The notes below the pieces were generated by a model, which saw only the letters and a list, made by a program, of their open reading frames with translations, searched no databases and had not been told where the DNA came from. From Octopus sinensis (Eukaryota), in the NCBI RefSeq assembly GCF_006345805.1, contig NC_043015.1, positions 13,578,001 to 13,642,000 on the forward strand: a stretch of 64,000 nt of DNA, written 5' to 3'. The position numbers were made by a program, and so were the translations under genes. Below are positions 1 through 13,089 of the stretch, in pieces (position 1 is the first letter of the stretch; every line of letters starts with the position of its first letter).

Positions 1-23
1 TATTATTATTATTATTATTATTA

Positions 24-71
<48 letters not shown>

Positions 72-200
72 GGATGGCAAGCTGGCAGAATCGTTAGCAT
101 GCTAGGGCAAGATGCTTAGCAGATATTTGCTGTAGCCCATCTTTTATACCAAGTTATTATTATTATTATTATATTATTATTATTTTATTATTATTATTAT
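1..200. repeat. (TAT)n tracts enclosing an 80-bp chimeric SINE-head/repeat-tail fragment (71-150)
   Basis: Direct reading; 71-120 is the exact reverse complement of 60241-60290. Confidence 0.9.
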
Positions 201-790
201 TGAGTGAGAGAGCAGTGCATGCCATCAAAGTGACACTGGGGTAAAATATACGAAGCCCAGTATACCCATCATGACTACCCGTCTGATAAAGGTACACTAG
301 GCACATGCATCACAACCACATGTGCGCAACATGTTGATCTCATATCAAGATAAACAGCACATGACCTTCCAGGTGGGCCCAGTTATAATTTTCTTCTGGT
401 CGAGGGACCTTTTGAGCGGGATGCTCAAAAGGTCCCTGAATAAGGGTTGTTTAAGGATGTTGAACAAAACATGTTTCCAGAGGTGAATTATCCAAACCCC
501 AAAGAATCCCTCTCAACACATGGCTATGATGCCCCCCCACAACTTCTGCTCGTGATCAGAGATGCACATATCGTCAGCCACTAAGGGACATGCTCAACTG
601 GTTAAGGTCAAACAACTGACAAACAAATCTGTGGTATTGAGCAGAATATTTGCTGTAGCCCATCTTTTATACCAAGACAAAACAATGTACATGATAACAC
701 TTCCAATCAGTTAAGATCAGAAGCCATGAGAGCCACTGCCTGGTACTGCATCAGGGCATTGAGAGCCACTGCCTGGTACTGCATCAGGGC
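201..790 (+). mobile_element. Interspersed repeat embedded in (TAT)n microsatellite (unclassified retroposon)
   Basis: Close inverted second copy at 60481-61012; both copies flanked by (TAT)n; ends in a 32-bp tandem duplication (gagagccactgcctggtactgcatcagggcat x2). Confidence 0.85.
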
Positions 791-791
791 A

Positions 792-857
<66 letters not shown>
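791..857. repeat. (TAT)n microsatellite
   Basis: Direct reading; source of the poly-Tyr ORF 726-944. Confidence 0.98.
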
Positions 858-858
<1 letters not shown>

Positions 859-2379
859 TTAGTGTATTTTGTCTAAAATCTTTCATCACACCTCCTGTGA
901 CCTCTTCAGCGACTCTCTATCTCATGTGTCTCCTCCTGTTCTAGAAAATTGATTTCTGTTTAATAATTCCGTCAGTTATTTATGCTGAAACAGGGATGTA
1001 TATTCGATCGAATTTAACTGGCGTCTATTTTATCGGCCACGGAAATGTAAAATCGACCCCGACGGGTTTTCGAGGAGGGAAGTAATTACTGTAAGTCAAC
1101 TCTAGTTGTTTTGTTATAGTTCTTGCTGCTGCTGCTGCTGCTGTTTAGTAGTTTAGTACCATGACAGGCTTGATCCATGTCGTACCACGATGAAATACAT
1201 ACCAGCTTGTTTTCAAACATGGTGAATCTAGAACTACATCATCCAGAGTATTCTTCCTTCTTAACGGAGTACAATGTGACTTTAGGGAAATTTGGCTGCT
1301 ATTTCTAGCGGATAGAACTACGTCATTGGCTTATAAAGCAAGTTCTCAAGAGTGCAATGAGTTCAGTCGATAAGATGTCGGGCAACCAGCAGACAGATCG
1401 GTGGTTCGAGTTCTGTTCAAACACTGACATTAGCTTCTGTCCTAGATAAAGACACCTTCAGTTTGCAATGGGCCAGTCCATCAACCTGCAAATAGATACA
1501 CAGGGCGCTATAATCACTGCTGTAAGTAACGATAACGTTGTTAAACTAGAAGATGTTGTCCTGGATACAATTTCACTATTGAGAACGGTTTCCTATGAGA
1601 GGGGAGGGGGAGGGGCGAACTTTGTAATCTGCACAAAACTATGGCAATCTGCAATAAACACATCAAGTACTGAGCTGCCAAAGTTGGCACACTCGTATAG
1701 AATTGCTATTATTTTCATCCTGATATGCGTTTGGTACGACGCCCGAAATTTTTGGTTTGTTTTAGAAATTTTGTAAGGAGAAAAAAAAGAAGTTCCTCAG
1801 CTTTGCGTTTGCCATTCACCACATTTGCACTGAATTGCTCTATTATTTAAGTGTCAACCGAGAAGTTTTATTAATATTTAAGCAATAGTCCTAATCTAAA
1901 TAAATTCAAAGTTTACAATTGCCAATCGTCATCATGGCTTTCCATGAAACAAGATGAAGAAATAATTTTAGAACTTTGCCTTGCACTTTTCTTTTTCGTC
2001 TTTACGTCTGTTGTTTTCGAAGAAAGTTATGGTCTTTCAGCACATCTCAGATACCTGACATTTATTGTAGAAAGCATCGATTTGATAACTCAATAGAAAT
2101 TTCCTTTAAAGAACTGTAAGAATTTAGAGTGAATATTTTAAATTTCTGTTTGCTTTAAGAAGCGGATGTTTCAGTACTTCTTATTTTGCAAAGTCAGAGT
2201 TGCTTAAGCTGTTGGATTTAACCAAAATTAATTATACCATTAATTCTGAAATTTTCCAGTTTTGTTCATAATAAACATTATGAACAAATTAAGAATAGGG
2301 ACTAGATATGGCAAGATCAACTACCTAACGTAAGAATATGCCTGAAAAGTTTTTGTTTACCATATCTGAAGCAAATTGT

Positions 2380-2545
2380 GGAAACGAATATCACTTCCCT
2401 TCATTTTCAAAATTTATAATTACTCTTTCACCGACTGAACACTCAGTAGGTGCTAAAAGTGTTTTCTCCTTGCTCAATAGCATTAAAGTTTAAAATTATA
2501 CATCTCTGAAAGCATCCAACTTAAATGCATTTATAAGATCTGAAT
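2380..2545 (+). pseudogene. Decayed hAT transposase C-terminal (dimerization) remnant
   Basis: Manual translation HFQNL*LLFSPTEHSVGAKSVFSLLNSIKV*NYTSLKASNLNAFIRS resembles the hAT F.NL...P.S.A..E.VFS..N.IK...RN.L....L.A motif; has stops. Confidence 0.4.
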
Positions 2546-3757
2546 CTTTACTCCAAGACTTTAACTGCATGACATAGAACCAACCATCATTGAACCTAAG
2601 AAAAGAATCGATATTGTTATGGACGATATTGATTGTTGAAGTTTTTTAATAAAATAAGGTAAACATTGTCTGTTTAACATGTTGTATATGGTTTGTCTTA
2701 TATAAAATTTTATACGATTTTATGTGTCTTGATGCAAACTTTTGATATGAACAAATTAAAATTTGACCGTTCCGTTCAAATAATCCACAAAGAGTTGTGT
2801 AAGAAAATAATGAAAGTCAGCGAAAAGCGCTAAAAATCAGTTGATTAAACTGACTTTAGTTCATGATAGATGATAACTGTTTTGGTTTCGGAAGTATAAC
2901 ACTCAAGTATGGTTTGAACAGAGATTACAAAGTGTAAATTTATACTGCATGGTTTGTTGTCCGGTACTCAAACATTTCTGCTAGATAGTTAAAAACCACT
3001 TGCTTTAAATGCAATGACAAGCAACAAATTTAATCTACCAACGATGGAATCACTTCGTGGTCGCTCGGCCTGGTCAAAATAGCACTGATTAAAAGATAGC
3101 GTAATTTACAGCTGCAGCATCTTAATCATAGAATTTCGTGATCAGAGTTGACCTGAGACGAAACAACAGCGCCGATAAAGAGGAGCTCTTATTCAGAGAG
3201 AAGTAAGTTTTAACTGGTTACCCTTTGAAATTGAATTGAGCCCGTTTACACAGCGTTTACTGGAGCATTCACTCCCTTCTGGTCATTTCGTTTTTGTATT
3301 GCATATAAAAAGTCAAGTTGATAGAATTCATTCTATAGCAGTCTGCTTACCAATCTATGAACTCATTAGTACGCTCATGTACAAAATGAGTCAGGAAGCA
3401 CATTATCTGTATTTTGGGGGAGAGTGGAAAGGAGAAGAAAGAGAAGGACAATAAGAAATCCCAATACAGGGCTGGTACTTTATTTATTCACTCTGGGATT
3501 TGAATTTAGAACGCAGGGAGCCAGAACTTATTACAAGGTATTTTTTTCAGACGTTCGACTGTTTCTGTCTATTCACAGCCTTACTACAACGGCAGCGATA
3601 TGAGGTTACGAATGATACTTTTTTTTCACTTTCTGTCTGTACTAGAAAATGTGGAATTATGTATCACAATAGTAAAATACAAACCTCGACCGTTTTATCA
3701 TTAAGAGAAAATTATTTAGGTAACTAATTTGAAGCAACAAGTGCTATTTATATAGAA

Positions 3758-5403
3758 CTAGCAGAAATACCCAGTATTGCTCAGGATTAAAATGGCATAG
3801 TTTGTATATAATATATTACAGTTATGTTGAAACAGGTAATATGGGAAAGTGCACCACTGAAAACAAAACATTTGTAGAGTAAATGCTGGGCTAATTCGTC
3901 TAAGCAACATGCTATGCGTCCGTTTGGAGTATTTCAGGCCCTAACCTGTCATGGAAAATTGGAGGTGGAGGTTATGTGATTTTTGAACGCGCCGAAAAGC
4001 TGTCAATGGATATGCTCTCCTTTGCAGCAGTCGGCGATGTATCAAACACGACCCATCATCTGAAATTTTGACACTTCCGTCGGGTTTGTCGTCCTACATC
4101 ACTCATAAAGTAAATTTGGAGGAACTGTGGTTGTTTATTTGCGAGTAACAGGGAACCAATGAGGTGATAGACTTGCCCTTGAACTTTGACGCCGGCGTAA
4201 ATTCATGTTTATCTATCTTCTTAGATGCACCAAACGATGTCATTTGAAATGCAGAGTTGTATTGTCTGATATTGTTCAGAAAATCCTTTGACTGGATGGA
4301 AGTGCCTTCTAGAAGATCCATCAGAGGTTGAGAAGGAGCTGGTAGTGTTGGCAATAATACCTGACCGCCTGAGCAGTACATACCATTTGTTTCATTGGAA
4401 AATTTCAAAGCTCTACATAAACGACAATTTGTTTTTAGCACGCCAATTTGGACAGCCTTATCATTTTTATAAGAATGGAATGGATCGTGTCTGAAAACAG
4501 TTTCAGGAGTTGTGAAGAATGAATTTGTACGTAGTCTGTTTCTGAGAGCTATTCTACTGGACCTCTGTCTAAACATTAAAACATCGAGTTAATAATCCAG
4601 CATTAAGTGCTGCAACATGCATTTGCTGATCTTAAGAAAATCTCATCTCTCTTTAGACTCTTGCCTTCGGTTTTCTACAATTCCCCTTGCTTTATACTTG
4701 TTTCTGGAGAGATTACGTCTTTTCTGTGCTTTAAATAAAAATACTTTAAGTATTTTATTTCGATATTATGTATATATGTATGTATGAGCCAATGAGGGAG
4801 ACCGCTACATAGTAGCTAGACCTGGTAGAAATAGCAGCCAAATCTTCCTCAAAACACCCTACTGTCTTAATCCAGCAATTCTACCTATTATGTAGTTTGA
4901 ATGAGATACTAAAGATTAAGATTATTAACCGCAAAATTTTACGCGTTTTTTGCGTACCTTTTCCTGTCAGCTGTAAAGGTGAAGAGGGATAACTTGGACG
5001 GTGTTAAGTAGTGGAGATGTTTGGTGATTCTATGGGGTGGTTAATTTTGACTCTTTCTACTCAATAAGGATAACTGATTGATAACGAATCTTAACACAAT
5101 ATATATACAACTTCAAGTGGAATTGGACGTCATAAGAGAGACAGAATAGCGACGGGTTTGGCTGACTGTCATCCTGTACTCCCCTTGTTGCTAACGAAAT
5201 GGTATGTGCCGGCTGTCTGAGCAACTGTTTATTTTAATGGCGGAACAAACAGGACAAAAAAATTGCAAAAATACCGATTCTCATCTTGAAACTCCGCTCT
5301 GTCATGTATCCATGATTAAAATTTCAGCACGATCGGCTGAACAATACTCGAATTATAAGCGCACAGACAGACAGATAGACAGCACAGATTTTATATGTTA
5401 AGA
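3758..5403 (-). mobile_element. Non-autonomous Helitron (internal deletion derivative)
   Basis: Minus strand starts A|TCTTAACATATAAAATCTG (5403) and ends ...CTGCTAG|T (3758), i.e. TC/CTAG termini in an AT target; Rep-region coding remnant inside. Confidence 0.7.
4085..4500 (-). pseudogene. Helitron Rep/helicase N-terminal region remnant (frameshifted)
   Basis: CRLCRALKFSNETNGMYCSGGQVLLPTLPAP..LL.G..FLNNIRQYNSAFQMTSFGA, then after a frameshift KVQGQVYHLIGSLL...QFLQIYF; hallmark Helitron motifs. Confidence 0.85.
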
Positions 5404-7631
5404 TTGTATTTCAATATCTGCTGTTGTCCATCGTGACTAGCATTGTAACTCAGAAATATTGTTTTCTTTGATCTGGCACCACCTGTTACGCGGCAAACAA
5501 TATGGTCTGAGATTTTCGACTGTGAACAAAGTATTGTTCACATACATAAACAAGGTATTGTGGTTTTTATTTATTAGAACTCTGGTCATGAATTCATTCT
5601 CTCATTTTCACTCGTCACCAATAAAATAAACAACATTTTATTTATATTTATTTTCTCTTAAACATTAGTTCAGATCTATTAGCAGACTAAGTTACTCTTT
5701 GTAACTGAAAACTGTTTTGAACTTTCAGATAAATTTGGATGGACAAGAACAGCGCTAGGGATTTGTCATTATGTTGTGTATGTAGGACAGGTTATGAGAC
5801 GTTTTGGCACAGCCGTTTGGCTCCGCGTATTTGACGTAGCTGATTCGCTATTAACTTACTCCCCATCAGACATTACAATGTTTCTCTCGTTCTCTCCCTC
5901 TCTGTTGTTGTATCTATCTATCTTACTCTCTGTCTCTGTCTCTCTCTTTCTTTCTGTATCTGTATGTATATATTTCTGCGTATGTGTGTGTGTGTGTGTG
6001 TGTGCATTTACCTCCAGTGCCAAAACATACCGTCGCCAAAACATTAAATGTCTTGTTAACCGCTCGCAATCGTCTCCTTCCGTCTAAGTCAAGTCCTCTT
6101 AACAAAGCACAAGCTAGAAACCTTAATTTTTTATATATAAGAAAGGAAAGGCAGTGCTCCCAATACATTTTTCAAGGCCTCCGAGACTGCAAAGGAAAGA
6201 GTAGAAGCTATCATCAAAGTAGTTAACCGATCCGGTTACATGCAACAAAATACTCCAATAAATGCACCCAAGAATCAGGCGATGATGTTAAACAGGGCGA
6301 CGAAGTAAGTTTGCGACCTAAAGACCTAGAATACAAAATACCGAAACAAAATAGCAAAAAGCATCAGGATTCCAACCGTCAAAGTTAGAACCCTTAACTT
6401 AATCTGTTACGATTCCTCATGCGGGCAGTTTGTTAACGAGGATCTCATTCCACACAATGTCAACGTATGGTATCGTGTATACATTCAGTGTAAAAGACGG
6501 AAGAAGTCGTAGCATCGTCTACTGGGATCTCAAGAGTACTGTAAATCACATACCCGAGCTGACTACTACATACTTAAATTAGTTCATATGTAGTAAAGAG
6601 ACGAAAAGTCTAATGTTTCTGGAGAAGATCACGGATTAATGGGAAAGTTTATGACAACACTAATATTATATAAAGTTCGATAATGCAAAAATAAATATTT
6701 CGTGAAAAAGTAAGAAGATGCGACTAACCAGAGGTTGAGTAAGAGGTCTTAGTGCCTCAATTTGAACTTGGGGATTTCGGTAGGAGGCTTAGTGTCTCAA
6801 TTTGAAAGAACGATTGAATATATTTGCAGAAATTTTGTGAGATTTGATTGGTAAGACACTCAGCGTCTCAATTTGTAACTGTTGTAAGAGGATCAATACT
6901 TCATTTGTGTTTTTTTTTAAAAAAAAGGAACAATGTTTTCGAGAAGTAGCAATTGGTAGGCGTTGTCTGCCTCCCCCACCAACCATCTCTTTTATCATTC
7001 CATTATCATTGTGTCTGTGTCCAGCCCGCAAGCTTCCATCTGTATTATGCCTTTATGGCAAATGTAATGAAATAAAGAAGGAAAGGTGGAGATAACAAAA
7101 TAAAAAGCGCATTGATAGAAGAGAGGCTAATGGTATAGGTAAGTTTAAGGAGAACAAAATATTTTTATTTAGTGTTTGATTGTAAGGAGAACATGACTTT
7201 AAATAGTAGTAAAATAATTATGTGCATTTTAATAATAGAAAAACCTGTTTCTTCTCTTAAAATGTTTGAGAACATTTCGGAGACATTTGTTATAAAATAA
7301 AATAGTTTCTTTATTAGTTGTTCGATAAAGTTTATTTGTCACTATAGTTGCAAACGCAAATTCACATGTCTTTGTTATCTTTCTCGCAAGCGTTGATTTG
7401 CAATGGTTCAAGTGGAATATCGATGGCATCTATCCGTAGCAATGGGGTGGGGGGAACCACAAAGCCACCGAGTAAAAACAAATCTGTTTGGGAGAAGTAT
7501 CATAAAGAGGCTCCCACTTTAGTTCATGACATTATATAAGGCAAAAACCTTAGGTGTGTGATATGATTTGAAGAGGAACTTCTTAATACTTCTAGAAGGT
7601 TGCGATCCCAAATAGCGATATACCGTTGTAG

Positions 7632-7721
<90 letters not shown>

Positions 7722-8304
7722 ACACAATATACGATTAGAAGGAGATTTTCCTTCTACATGTATTACGATTATCAATGAAACACGTCTACCTCATTGGTTC
7801 ATACGGTATGTATTCATGTACAGAGGAAGATGAGAGTAGTTTGGAGATGAAATGAGCCTTGGTTGATAATTGTAACACATCTGGCCACCATTTTTCTTGG
7901 AACAATCAAAAGTAAGATGTAGCTTGAGGTTATATTGCTCCTTAGTTGGTTCAAGCGCACATTTTTACATAAAATAGTAAATTTTATATTGGATGAGATT
8001 TTGATGCGATTCCTTTTATGGCTGCCTACGCGCGTTGATTCTTGCACATTTTATGCTTATATATAAGAATAATGTTTGTGCGTGTGCATATTTAATGTGT
8101 TGAGAGAGATAGAGAAGAGAGAGAGAGATAAAGAGAGGACGATAGAGCGAGAGACAGAAAATGAAGAAGACATACAGATACAACCTCTAACGTACACGCT
8201 TACACACAAACCCATTAACATTCTCACTTCTAGACTTGCGTTTGTAACTATGGTGATATAGTAAGTTTATAGAAGAACAAATGACGAAAATATAATACTG
8301 TATT

Positions 8305-8565
8305 ACAGAAATATCTTGAAAATATTCTCAACTAATTTAATAGCAATAAATGTACATTTTATTGAAATACTCACCATGTTCATAGCATATTGTTGACATA
8401 AGTTAGGTAAACATTATTTCGTCTTCATAATACTCTATTGGTACATGCAGTTATATTCCCTTTACATCATATGTGTCCAATTAAATATTCTGTGGAAAGT
8501 ATGACAGAGTGAAGCATATGATTCAGGTAGGACTCATATTCCTATCAGAAACGATTTAAGAGCGC
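8305..8565. repeat. ~260-bp duplicated unit, copy 1 (copy 2 at 10319-10581)
   Basis: Near-identical direct repeat read by eye; minus strand carries an exon-like segment tttccacag...aacATG|gtgagt. Confidence 0.9.
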
Positions 8566-8920
8566 ACGCGCCCTTAGATGTGTGTCTGTTAGGAAAGGCT
8601 GTTTGCTAGAAAGCGAAAGTCATACAGCGTGTGGAAACGAAAAATTACTGACCGCAAAACTAAATGCCTTATCTATGATAACATCCAAATGACCGCAGAA
8701 TTCTAATTCAAACAAAAGAACCAAGATAAGTTTGACGGGTGACTTCATAAATTTCTGAGCATTAACGCCGGAAATAAAGGAAAGGATCTTGTAGGAAAAT
8801 CTGGGTTAGTGTTTCGATTCTTGGCTATCAATCAAGAAACGATTTCGTACAAACTTCATTTTGGCAAAAGCTAGAAAGAGACTAAATCAAAGCTAATTTA
8901 TATTGTCAAGACAAACGTTA

Positions 8921-8937
8921 CCAATATTGTGACGTCA
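8921..8937. promoter_or_regulatory. CCAAT next to a palindromic CRE-type site TGACGTCA
   Basis: ccaat at 8921-8925, TGACGTCA at 8930-8937; degenerate paralogous site (tgtgatgtcat) near 10935. Motif match only. Confidence 0.2.
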
Positions 8938-9449
8938 TAATGATTCTTTCGACTTTTGTTTTTGTTAAATTATAAATAATAAAGACTAAAATTTATTAAA
9001 CTAAAGTCATGGGATTTGTGTTGCATGTCCCGTTTCTCTGTTTTTTCGTTGTTCAAAAAAAAGTTCGTTTTCTATGGTTTTGTTTTTATGTTTTCGTTTC
9101 TCATTGTGTTCAACGTTTTTTTTTTTATGTCCTGTACCCATATATGCATGTATATATACATATATATGTAGGTATGTATGTACATATATGTATGTATATA
9201 TGCATATATTTATATATTATTTATATTATTATTATTATGTAAATGCCTCCTGGTTGTAACTGACGTATCTTATGCGTATACGTAAGATATTGTTATCTCA
9301 AATTTGCTTTCACCAGTGAACAGAGATTTTTCAAGTAGGAAATGAATTGTAAAGAATATTATCCAGTATAACTTACCTAATTAACTACCTGTGGTAGTTG
9401 TGTAATTAAGCAGCAGAAGATGGGTAGAGAGAATAAATGGTGTATTAAG

Positions 9450-9895
9450 TCGCGCCTCGCAGATATGATTGCAAAGGCGTTGCCGCGGAGAATGGCCAGC
9501 GACAATCGCTCCTACAGCCTACACACCTAGCGGAGCCGCAGTTACCCCGATTTTGCGGAGGAAATTGGCAGTGCTAGGTCCAAGAACACCGGAAGTCTCG
9601 GTGGTGACCGGCACAAACTGATAGCGGCCAGTTAGGTTCCTGTATATGTTTATACTCGGGTTTGTAGCCGAAGCTGCAAGGCTGGAGCTGGAGACGTGTC
9701 GCAGCACGTCGCGTTCCTGATCTGCTGCCCTCGTATGGGAAGAAGATTGTTCCCTCGCTTACCATCCCTGTAGCCAAAACTACCGGCTCCAGTTGTGACA
9801 AGAAGCCAGCAGCATCGAGGTTCCCTCTAAGTGTGTCATTCAGGACAGCGTGTCGAGTGAACCGGCCCTCATGTTGTGTCTGATCACAGCAGGCT
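9450..9895 (-). mobile_element. CRE-clade non-LTR retrotransposon 3' fragment (restriction-like endonuclease), copy 1
   Basis: GRFTRHAVLNDTLRGNLDAAGFLSQLEP...; YRNLTGRYQFVPVTTETSGVLGP..FLRKIG; LAILRGNAFAI; frameshifted. Confidence 0.75.
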
Positions 9896-10318
9896 GACAG
9901 AGAGCGAGAGAGTGGCCGACAGTAAATGAGAAAGACATACAAGGAGGATAAGAGAGAGAGGGAGAAAGACTGACGGACAGACATAGACAGAGTCAGTGCG
10001 AAGGAGACCAATCGACACTAACTACATACTCTAGCATGCATTCGTACACTCAAGTTCATCATGTACACACTTGTAGCCAAAGACTTGTGAAGTTATGACA
10101 CCACATGATATCTGAATTTTGTCGAACAAATAACGAAGCTATTTTACTTTACTCCAGAAATATATCGTAAATATTCCTCAGTATTTTAATAACAACAAAC
10201 ATATATTTTAATAAAATACTCACCATATTTGTAGTCATATACTCCGTTAACGCAGGAATGATTACATAAAGTGTAACCATTATTTTAGTGTTCATTCTCT
10301 TTACATTATATTATCTTT

Positions 10319-10581
10319 ACAGAAATATCTTGAAAATATTCTCAACTAATTTAATAGCAATAAATGTACATTTTATTGAAATACTCACCATGTTCATAGC
10401 CATATTATTGACATAAGTTAGGTAAACATTATTTCGTCTTCATAATACTTTATTGGTACATACAGTAATATTCCCTTTACATCATATGTGTCCAATTAAA
10501 TATTCTGTGGAAAGTATGACAGAGTGAAGCCTATGATTCAGGTTGGACTCATATGCCTATCAGAAACGATTTAAGAGCGCA
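10319..10581. repeat. ~260-bp duplicated unit, copy 2; a diverged third donor-bearing piece at 10154-10290
   Basis: Alignment by eye to 8305-8565. Confidence 0.9.
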
Positions 10582-11359
10582 TTATATTCTCTTTACATTA
10601 TATTCTCTTTACATTATATTCTCTTTACATTCGCACGGTTGTGTTCAATAAAATATTCTATGTGAATGCAACGAGAGTGGAGAATATGTTTCAAGTTCCT
10701 GTTTCAAGAGCCAACGTTGGAGTAACATTAGCTTGTTACACAGTGTTTAAGATATCAAGGTTACCTAAAACTACCCACCACAATTGCTAAAAGCAAGGTG
10801 AAGATGATTTAATTTTACACTAGTCTTCACAAATCCAAGTCTCCAGTCGCTGCGAAATTTGGGAAGTGACAGAAAATGTTGAGAAATCAAAGCTAATTTA
10901 CAAATCATTTTTCCAGATAAACGTTAACAAAATTGTGATGTCATATTGACATTATAGAGAGAATTAACAATTTCTCGACTAGAACAAACCTTAAACTAAT
11001 TTCACACACACACACACACACGAACGTACATACTAACATACACGTATACGTGCAAACATGCATACATACATAAGACAAACATGCATACATACATAAGACA
11101 ATAAGATTGTATTGCATTTATTCATTCATTTATATATTAACACATTTATTTATTTATTTAGATCAGCGAAAGCATTTTCTGAACATCACTAGGATCACTT
11201 CATAACAACCAGTCCTTCTCTGCAAAGCCAGAAGATATTTCAGTCTCCAACAACTTTTGATGCTTCGCAAATCTCACGTTAACCCTAAAGTGGAGCAACA
11301 GTGCTGCTGCTACTGCTACTGCTGCTGAAAACAAATATTTTACCGCATCCAGATAAGAA

Positions 11360-11660
11360 CCACTTTACAGACACATTCCAGCCTCTTGCCCGTAGGCGAG
11401 AAATACATCTTCTCTCTGCCTTTTACTCGGGCAATTATAAATGGTCTGTGTTCCTTACAGCTAGCTCTCCGCTCAACAATTCCTGTACCATTCTTCCCTC
11501 TTCTCATCACTCATGTTGTGTACAAGTTCTCAAGGTACTGGCACAAATCACTACACTCAGTCCTTACTTCCCAGAATGCAAGTCCACTCTATTACCCTCC
11601 CTGCTCATATCTTTCCCGTGGGTGTTGATTTGCAAAGGTTTATATCGGAATACTGATTTC
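11360..11660 (+). pseudogene. CR1/L2/Jockey-type LINE ORF2 C-terminal remnant
   Basis: TFQPLARRREIHLLSAFY and HYTQSLLPR..LPAHIFP..DLQRF resemble L.PL..RR...LS.FY and HY..SF.PRT..LWN.LP..VFP; a similar remnant may lie at 16010-16150 (-). Confidence 0.5.
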
Positions 11661-12020
11661 ATAAAAGAAAATGGACCAGCGATGCCGTTGGCACTGTTCT
11701 TCTACGGCTCTGACTACGTAAAAGACATCTCTGATAGAAATGTCATAAAAGGATTTTTTTTTGTCTATATCAATAGAAATGCAAGTGAATACGAAGTGGT
11801 TTGATGACGTAGTTAACTGATGATGAATTGTTTAACATGTCTAGAAGGTTATGTTACAAAACGTTCCCTTCGGGGGTTCGTATATTATTCCTTCACTCTC
11901 CAGAGCTTGAACCGATGTCCCGGCTGAAAGCTATCTCTTACAGGTCGTGTGTATTATCATATATTTGTGTGTGTGTGTATGTGTGTGTGTGTGTATGTGT
12001 GTGTGTGTATGTGTGTGTGA

Positions 12021-12057
<37 letters not shown>

Positions 12058-12084
12058 CGTCTATATATATATATATATGTACTC

Positions 12085-12376
12085 GTGAAGGCACGTGGTT
12101 TAGTGCATTCGGCTCGCGATCGTAAGGTCGTGAGATCAATTCCTGGCGACGCACTGTATCCTTGAGCAAGACACTTTATTTCACGTTGCTCCAGTCCATT
12201 CAGCTGGTAAAAATGAGTTGTTCCTGTATTTCAAAGGGGAAGCCTTGTCGCACTGTGTCACACTGAAGTTCTCAGTGAACTACGTTAAGGGTACGCGTGT
12301 CTGTGGAGCGTTCATGAGCAAGCTGTTCCGCTGATCGGATCAACTGGAACCCACGTCATCATAACCGACGGAGTGC
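12085..12376 (+). mobile_element. tRNA-derived SINE (family C; ccttgagcaagacactt core)
   Basis: Pol III-like head; 3' half shared with 15581-15962 and 57983-58345 (ctgtatttcaaaggg...aaccgacggagtg). Confidence 0.8.
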
Positions 12377-12515
12377 CAATTTATATATGTATATACATAT
12401 GTATATATGTATGTATTTATGTATACATATACATACCTACATCGTATACACACATACACACATCTGTATGTGTATTTTAAATATTTATAAATCTATATAC
12501 ATTTATAATGTACCT

Positions 12516-12520
<5 letters not shown>

Positions 12521-12601
<81 letters not shown>

Positions 12602-12617
12602 CGTGTGTGTGTGTGTG
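12521..12617. repeat. (TG)n microsatellite
   Basis: Direct reading; similar tracts at 11967-12056, 34864-34960, 42820-42860. Confidence 0.98.
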
Positions 12618-13089
12618 TTTTCCTCTGTGTGCGTATGTTTGCGCATGTAGATGCGAATGCGTGTATGCTTGTGTGAGTGAAATTATTTTAAGAATAATTC
12701 GTCTTGTTGAAAGCATTTTAGACGTCAAAACGGGTAAAGTTCGTCTAGGAACATTAGACTTGATTTCAACAAATGTTCACTTTCTTCCTACCTTCGCAGT
12801 GATGCGAGACTTTGAGCCGTGGGAACACATTCAAATATATAAAAGAAACATTGCGATTGTGAGTCATCTTCATCATATTTTTTTTTTGTGTGTGTGTGTG
12901 TTTGTGGAATAGATTTATGAACAAATAATGGAAGACAGAAGTGTCATAATTTTATTAGAGCATTTAAATACAAAGAAACGGGAAAGGAGAGAAATAAGAA
13001 TGAAAAAGAAAGAAAAAGGGGGGATATAGCAGCAGAAGACAGAGGGAGGGGCGATGGGCCACATACCCCAGAGCAAATGATATGCTGAG

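Noticed and set aside
1468-1776. 102-aa ORF and other 60-130 aa ORFs in AT-rich DNA
   Set aside because: Several start at non-ATG codons, they overlap SINE fragments, and they show no domain or splice support.
6240-6540. Open frame ...KVRTLNLICYDSSCGQFVNEDL... and a gtaagt donor-like site
   Set aside because: No matching acceptor/donor pair and no family motif beyond a weak VRTL resemblance.
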